Origin: Amoebidium appalachense
Lineage: Eukaryota > Protista > Ichthyosporea
DNA length: 64,000 nt
Assembly (NCBI GenBank): GCA_963693365.1
Contig: CAVNZM010000002.1
Span: 8,777,059-8,841,058 of the forward strand
Direction of reading: 5' to 3'
The notes under the pieces are model-generated. The model was given only the letters and a program-made list of their open reading frames with translations, was not told the origin of the DNA and did not search any database. Positions 49,153-64,000 of the stretch are shown piece by piece. Each line of letters begins with the position of its first letter. Position 1 is the stretch's first letter. Position numbers and translations under genes: made by a program.

Positions 49153-49576
49153 CAATGCTCGCACATATATATCCACAGTGCATATGCTGGCCAGACCAGA
49201 CAAATGCTGATCCATGTTGTTTTTTTTTTTCCGAATGTAAGGGTGGCACATGCAGGTCAGCACGAACTGGTGTGTTGGTCGAGAGACTCGGCCATGTCGA
49301 CATGTATCCACGTGACTTGGAAGGAAGTGAACAAGTCAAGCATAGACCACAGGTATACTACCATCGGGTGTGCGGCACATGCACGAATCGAAGAAAGGGC
49401 GTTTTTATTTTCATGGGATAACTCGGAAAAACTTCTCCCAACCCGGCAACCAGTACCAAGGGCCGACAATCGACTGTACATTAAACAGTCGTCTTATCCT
49501 TTACAATCCATATATACCCGCTCTATCTATGTACTGGTGGTGCTACACCGACTAAATTTTACAAAAAGGATCAACT

Positions 49577-50450
49577 CTAGAACGCTCCGACAGTGTCCTT
49601 TTTCGCTTCAGTCTTAAGCTTCTTGTCGTGCTGCTGTTTGAGAGTCAGGTATTGCGACCTTAGGCTGCTCTTTGCGTGCAGTTTCCGTGCCATCTCCGTT
49701 CGCGGGGACCCCATCGGCGTATGGGTTGGGGTGTGCAATGGAGACGCCTTCGGGCTCGGAAGGTGAACATTCTCCAAAAGATGAACCACTGAGTGCACAG
49801 CACTCTCGACGACATGCTCCACCGAATGTTCAACCGAGTGCATCGCATGTTTCATCCTATCACCCAAATCCTCATCCCTGAGGGAGAGCCGGCGCGCCAA
49901 TGATCCCCTCTTGGCCATCGGGACGTAGAAGCTCCTGGTGTAGATCATCGAGCTCGGCGCGAATGTGCTGCATCTCTTTCATGGTGTACCGTCTGTCAGT
50001 CGCTTTTCGGTGGTATTCGCTGGGAGAGTACGTGTCGTGGACTCTGTTGTACTTGTTCCATTTCACTTGCTTTTTCTTCTGTGCGCATGGTGATGACTCC
50101 GAGTGTTCGTTGTCGGACTCGGGGATGGGGTCGTTGATGGACCAGCGGCCGTCGGCAGGTAGGCAGTCGGATGACGCAGGGCATTCCGTATCGCTGTGAA
50201 CGCTACTGCGAGGTGTGTTATCGAGGGAATCAATGGCAATGGAAACGGGATGAATCACATCCATGTTCCCGTCAATTTTCAGAAATCTCTTGTGCGAGAG
50301 ATCGACCGAGTCGGACACGACAAGGCGCCGCCGGGCATCAAGAACATCGACGTTTACAGAGACGCTTTGAGCCAGCTTCTCCGAGAGCTGGGGAAGCTGG
50401 GCGTATTGCGTGTTCGCGCTCTGCAAGCGAGGCGCAGCCATGACGGACAT
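49577..50450 (-). CDS. Second Phactr/Bni4/neurabin-like PP1-binding protein; split into ORF 50450-49872 and a +1-frame tail ending at 49577
   Basis: KKKQVKW (RVxF-type) followed by VHDTYSPSEYHRK...MQHIRAELDD, homologous to the gene at 8.5-10.4 kb. The overlapping +1 ORF (MAKRGSLARRLSL...SPKASPLHTPTHTPMGSPR...) is protein-like. Confidence 0.7.
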
Positions 50451-51933
50451 TTTCCAACCTGAACAAGTTCACCGGTTGGATCTAAGATACTGGTGTTGAG
50501 TTTTGCTTTTGTGATTGACAGTGTGGTCGTTTTAGGATACTCGCATACGACTTGGGGCGCAAATAAAGACTTATTTTACACTGAGTTTCACTGTTTGAAT
50601 AACGTCAGTAGATGAAAAAAACAAACTAAAAGACCTTTTACCGGTTCGTTAGAGTGTGTCGTACAAATGAAACAGCGAGAATGGAGTTGGCGCGCTTTTG
50701 AGAGCTGGAACAAGCAGTGGCCACTCTGTTCGAGAAGAATCTGTTGAGTGAATGGCGAACTCAGAACACACACATATATATATCGCGCAGCAGTGATCGG
50801 AGATACTAATGCATGGTTTGTAACGAATTACATGCTTTGCAATCCTTTTACATATTTTTAAAAAGTAAAACACCAATGAAAAAATAAAAATGCTTTGAGG
50901 GGTGCCGGTCATAAAAAATGTCTCATAACTTAATCTTTGGTTTATAGCATTTTGAATCCAAATAAAAATGCTATGAACCTTATTTAGTTTAAATAAAATA
51001 TATTTGATTTAAAATCTAATGCAATTAAATATTATTACGGATAAAAACCACCTGCTACAAAAGCATTTTGTAGAAATTTAGAAGTTGGGGGGGGGTTACT
51101 GGCAATAAAGTCATTATAAAAAAAAAAATGCACTGTGCTGTGCCGATAACAATTTATCTGCCATCAGATGTCCGCCGGATGTTTGTGAACAGCTTGTACG
51201 TGACTAAACTTAGTAAGGTCGGCCACCGTGTCTCGTAGGAGAAGGGTTCAAACTTGATATCCATTTTTTTCTTTTCTTTTTATTTTATTTTTTTATTTAC
51301 TTGTTGTCTAGTTACGCACATATATTATGCCATGATAGAGTGAATGGTTTTCCGACCATGACCCCTCGAGTTCTCCGCGGCCAACCAACTGCGCTGGCAT
51401 TTACCCGCCAGTGACCAGTCGGGTGGGAGTATAGGGGGGGCCAGCTGCTCCACAGATGAGACAACGATCCATTGGCTTCTATGTAAATGGAATGTCAAAC
51501 TCGGACCAATGAAAACGGGTTTAATCCATTTGACCAATCCCTACCACCTTTCGGAACTGCGGAATTGCCAACGCACCGTTGTTGTTTTTTATTTAGGGCA
51601 GAATTATTTCCCTAGGACATATTGAAATGTAGTGATTGTAGGATTTGTAAATTGACATTTTCTGATACCATCTTTAACAATAAAGACATAAATGACAGAG
51701 TGGCACCACGCGAACACGCCTTCGTGATCAGCTGGCGTGATCTGAGCCTCCACATGATCACTCCATGTGCGCGGCTTTCTGTTTACCCTCCATCCTCTCC
51801 CTAGAGCTGTGTCTGACGCCAACAATACGTATGTTGGCTCGCAAGTGAATCATAAACAGTTTGAAGGCTTGTTCTGTTCTCTTATGATCGATCCTGCCGG
51901 ATGGACGTCTTGCGGCAGATTGGCGCACTGGCA

Positions 51934-52003
<70 letters not shown>

Positions 52004-52802
52004 GGTGTGCGTGCGCCGTGGGCGTGCGTGTGCATGTCCGTGTCCGTGTGTGTGAGTACCGTGCTGTGCACGTGTGCGTGTGTGTGGTGGTGCGTGCGTG
52101 CCCGCGGGTCACACAATCACAAGAAGAAGAGCGCTCGTTAGGTTTCCATCACGTTACGAAAAAAACATTTGTCTTGACCTCATAAACGCACCATAAGCCT
52201 AATATTCTTTTGAGGTTTACAATACAGAGCGTTTGTGATGTGCAGGGACTCGGATCCGACCGACCATGTTCGGAAAGCTTTCCCGGCCATGAGCCTCGAT
52301 CGAACCTAAATTTCTGACCCCGTCTACAGCGTCTAGTTACATTCACCTGACGCTGGTGGTGTTACTACGGTGCAAATGCTATGTTGATATGCATCTTTCT
52401 GATAGAAAATATAGACTTTTGCAGTGGCCACTGAGATTGTGGTTAGGTCCTTATAAGGTTCGAGATTTGATCTAATTCATCTGACAATATAAAGGACAAA
52501 GAACCTTCGAAAATCTTGCACCAAAATGCGCCTGAAACCCCCCCCCCCCCCCCGCTCTACCATGATTTTGCGACCAAAGTACGACCGTGATGCATGATTG
52601 GTCTATGGCACAATGCCGCTATTCGGGTGGCCGTTGCAGGAGCAGCGGGGTTGGGCCACGCCACTGTGACGCCAGTAGCCACGGTACACGTGTGTCGTGT
52701 GTGCACATGTGTACAAAACGTGTACGTGAGGTCCAAAAACTAACACGTACTGACGTGTTGCCGCACGTGCGACGTTATACATCTACTCAGGCGGTCCCTT
52801 TT

Positions 52803-52836
<34 letters not shown>

Positions 52837-53330
52837 GACACCGCCTCAGTAGGTGGTAGGTCCAAAAGCCACGGAAAACGTGTGTGTGTGCACGTGAAGC
52901 GTAGCCCGTCGTGCATGCTAATATGATGGTCTGGCCGTGCAGTGGGGTGCATTAGAAGTGTACAAGTCGTGTCCTTTGGCGGAGATATGAGACTACAATG
53001 TCGACCGTGACACCGTTGACATAATCATGAATCGATCATGAACACATGCACGTGCACACGTGCACCGTACGCGTTGCATGCACACACGCACAGAGCTAAA
53101 GAGGTCTGGCTAGAGAGAAAGAGAGAGAGAGAGAGGAAAGGGTAGGAGAAGGAGGATGGGAAGAGGAGAGGAAGGGAGGGTGGGTGGGAGGGTGGGTGGG
53201 AAGGGGAGAGAGAGGGAGGAGGGAGCCTTAGGGATATCGATCCGCCGGCCACGTGGGGGAGAAAGAGGGACCCCGGGACCATATGCATGAGGAGAGGAGT
53301 AGGTGTTGTGCGTGCTTATTGTGTGCGTGT

Positions 53331-53433
<103 letters not shown>

Positions 53434-53595
53434 TCTGTGTGTGCGCGTCATGATGTGCGTGTATGTGTGTTGGTGTGTGTGTGGGAGAGAGAGGAAGAGG
53501 GAGGGAGAGCGATACCGACAGGCCGTAAATTTACAGAACCTGGTATCAAACACAAAATATATCTCATACCTGAATCAACATCACAGCTTCCACTA

Positions 53596-60698
<7,103 letters not shown>

Positions 60699-61743
60699 TT
60701 CCTAGTTTATTGTTCCAAACCAACAACAAGAGAAAAGAAGAAAAATACGTGAAGGGTGGAGGAGGGCAAGGGGGAACAGGCGGTTCCGGAGGAGAAGAAA
60801 CAGACGACAAGAAAGGATGGCGGTGATAAATGAATAATTGTCGCCATTACATGCTTTTTTGGGTATAGGCAGCGTATGCACCAGGAATAGCAGGTGGTTT
60901 GAGAGGCAAACTGTCTAAAAAACGTAACTCGGTGACTGCCGGCTAAGAGGAACTTGTGTGTGCCCACTGAAACATGAAAGGAAACGCGATGAACAAGAAC
61001 ACGTATATGTACACCACCATATGGCCTGTGTAGAATGCGTCTATGAAACAGGATCTTTCACTGTACACCCACCTATCTCTATCTTTTTCTCTCCCTCCCT
61101 CTCTTCTTTTCCCATACACCTGTTTACCTCCCGTAGCAGTGCGTTGGATTTTTCAAGAGCCTCGGAAGAACACCCGTGGTTTGCGTAATAGCCATATTAG
61201 GTTGTTTGGCCAAATAAAGCTGGGCAAGAGCTACGAGGATTGGCTCTCAACCCTTCTTCCAGGGAGGGTTACGTAATCCGGCGGTGTTCTCTGTTTTCCC
61301 GTGTTTTTCCTTCTAACCTGTTCCCAATTAGGCTAGCTCGATGTTATACATGTAGAGGGGTTCTGTATGAGTTTCACATATGTTTGGTTTCTATAAAATT
61401 TTATTTGTGCTTAAAAGATTCTGTGAGTTGGAAGACTCATAATCGCGGAATCAATCTTATCCGCTAGGTCCGGAAAACAAAATCTTGCGTGCATGTTTTG
61501 ATGGATTGCTTTGAACATCCAGGAACGGAAGGAAAGAAAACTGAGATGCAGCACTAGTGGGCTCAATAGATAACCAGTCCTGAATCAATTACTCTTTATT
61601 AGTACTTTCGCTGCTCTTTTTATAATCGATCACGTTCTTTTCAGCACCGCCGTTTGCATTTCCAAGTGGTTGATTGCTCTTCGATTTTCGTTTTGCTGAT
61701 TTATCTCGGTGACCCATTTCGTGGGGTGGTGCTGGAACGAAAC

Positions 61744-62381
61744 ATGTTTGAGTCATGGAAAAAGTTCACAAAGTCTCTGGCCGATGCAGCGTCAGCGCCA
61801 GCTGGAGTCGTAGGTGCCCCCACGTGTTAGTGGCTAGTGAAAATTATGAAGAGGCAAAATCACGGGAGAATGTCAGGAAGAATAAGGGAATGACATAAAG
61901 AATCGTCAGCCGTTTGATACCAGCATTGTGCGTTAATTTGCTTTAAGTATTAGGTGAAGGGGGGAATGAGGGGGAGAGGGGGGTAGGAGGGAGGCAATGG
62001 AAGGGGAGGAGATTGGTTTTTTAGACCCATTTGAAGGACAAAGGGCACACGAATGCAAAGGAAGCTCTGAGGATGGCCACCATAATCGCGTGGAAGGGGA
62101 AGGATTGTGCGTGTTTAGGGCAAAGCAATGACGGATACATCTTGAAAGGCTAACTGGTTGAGGCCCTGAGGGCAGGTGGGCGGCCAATGTGGTGGAGACG
62201 GGCGGGGGAAGGGAGGGGAGGGGGGGAGGGGATGGTTTACACGGAGTGATGTGGAAAGGGGATAATATGAGATGTGTGGGAGCAGTGGTGTTGGAGGAGA
62301 GATTGTTTGGGGTGACGGTGGTGATGGGTTCAGGTGGAGTTGTAAAAGCGCATGCCCGCATGCGTGTGTGTGTGGCAGGGT

Positions 62382-62453
<72 letters not shown>

Positions 62454-63809
62454 TGTGTGTATCTTTGTCTGTGTGTGTGTTTGGAGAGCTTTATTGTTTT
62501 TTTATTTTTGGGGGGGGGAAGGGGGGAGAGGAAGAAATGGGGAGAAGTGGGGAGGGGGAGGGGGGGGGGGGGGGAGGGGGGGGTGGAAGAGAGGCTGGCA
62601 TAGGGTTTTGTAAGGGGTTGGTTTTTTTTTGCGCCGGGGGGGGGGGATAGGGGGAAGAGGAGGGGTTTGGGGGGAAGGGGAGGGGGGGGGAGGAAGGGAT
62701 TGTGCTGTTCATTGTTGACATATATGGTGCTATTCAGAGTTTGATAACGAGACATCCCTTCTCAGTCGTTAATTTATAAACATGCTCAAGTTTACATTTT
62801 AACAAGGTAAACTTTTCAATTTCTTTTATCACAATATTGATTTTTTTTCAACTGTCAGGGCCCAAGATCTCTGTTCACTCATGACCCGTCGCCGCCCTCT
62901 ACCAATGCTCAAACTCCGCAGCTGCCGCCCACCGATGCAGGTTTGGGGCCAAGACCTATGCACCAGAACAGGAAACAGTCAGAAGCGGGATCCGGGTTGT
63001 TGGGACAGGCGGGGAAGACGTCTTTGGGCGTGTTTTCGGCTGCGAAAGTGCTTGAAAAGGTGTCTGATAGTTTGTCTACAAGCGTGAGTAAGAGGTTCGT
63101 GTGTGTTCGTTTGTGTGTCGGGCGGGGGGAGGGTGGGGGGAGGGGGAGGGACGGTGCGGGGGGGCGGGGGGCAGGGCGGTGAGGGGGGGAGGGGCGAAGG
63201 GGGGGGGGAGGGGCAGGGGAAGGGGTACTGTGTGTGGGGGGGCGTGCCGGGGGGGGGGGGGGGGGGGGGGGGGAGGGGGGAGGGGGAGGGGGGGGGGGAG
63301 GGAATGGGGGGGAGGGAGGAGGAGAGAGGGTGTGTGTGTGAGTGAGTTAGAAAGAGAGAGAGAGAGAAAGAGAAGGAGAGAGTGTGTGTGAGAGAGAGGG
63401 GGAGAGAGAGAGAGACTGTGCGTGTGTGTGTGTGTGTGCGCGCGCGCGCGCGCGTGTGTGTGCGTGTGTGTGTGTGTTGGGGGTGGGGGGGCATGTTGTG
63501 CACGTGGTGGAAAGGATGGGAGGGGGTTGGAGTTGTTGTGTACATGGCAAGGCGTTTGGAGGGAGAACGGTCGGAGGAGGGGAGGGGTGCATGTTTGTGT
63601 TTGTGTGTGTATGCATGTGTGGAGTGTGGTAAAGGGGAAGGGAGGGGATCCCAGGAAACTATTAGCAAATTTGGGTAGCAAGGTTAGAATGTAGAATATG
63701 TATGCAAACGAGTCGCTTGGTTGTCTTACATGAAATACATATTTCGTGTTTCCTCCCTGACATTGCCCACCTTCGCTGCAATCACACACACACACACACG
63801 CATACACTG

Positions 63810-63891
<82 letters not shown>

Positions 63892-64000
63892 CCCATCAAC
63901 AGATACACAAACTTGCTATCTGAATTAGAGAGGGGAGTTCCAACAAACACAATGTGAGTCTCCTCCCCCCTCCCCCCCTCCCCCCAAACCCACACACCCA
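61744..64000 (+). CDS. 5' exons of an unidentified protein-coding gene that runs off the window
   Basis: Proposed exons 61744-61809 (MFESWKKFTKSLADAASAPAGV|GTAGGT), 62859-63094 (GPRSLFTHD...SLSTSVSK; alternative donor after 63083) and 63903-63953 (YTNLLSELERGVPTNT..|GTGAGT). Phases are compatible; no recognisable domain. Confidence 0.55.

Noticed and set aside
49878-49924. 47-nt GT-AG intron as the explanation for the frame change in the second PP1 regulator
   Set aside because: Splicing it enters the third frame, which stops after a few codons.

Overview
Eukaryotic genomic DNA, intron-rich and saturated with (GT/CA)n, (GA/CT)n and poly-G/poly-C tracts. Most ORFs in the supplied track are microsatellite artefacts. 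The lineage is probably a non-animal opisthokont, but this is inference only. Manual splicing gives 8 genes: (1) the 3' part of an intronless, bacterial-like phenylacetate-CoA-ligase-family gene; (2) a Gly/Val/Thr-rich protein with two Ig-like domains and one in-frame TGA; (3, 4) two Phactr/Bni4-like PP1-binding proteins, each with an apparent +1 frame change at a CCC-N site; (5) a secreted trypsin-like protein lacking catalytic His and Ser, fused to five hevein-like modules; (6) a 19-exon, 1136-aa Argonaute whose slicer tetrad reads D-D-E-H instead of D-E-D-H; (7) an 8-exon steroid 5-alpha-reductase with one GC-AG intron; (8) the 5' part of an unknown gene. Introns often start as (GT)n and end as polyC-(CA)n-CAG. 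They also carry MITEs and a dispersed repeat with hammerhead-ribozyme-like core motifs. No rRNA, convincing tRNA or CRISPR array was seen. Homopolymer lengths may be unreliable, and family assignments rest on remembered motifs, not database searches.
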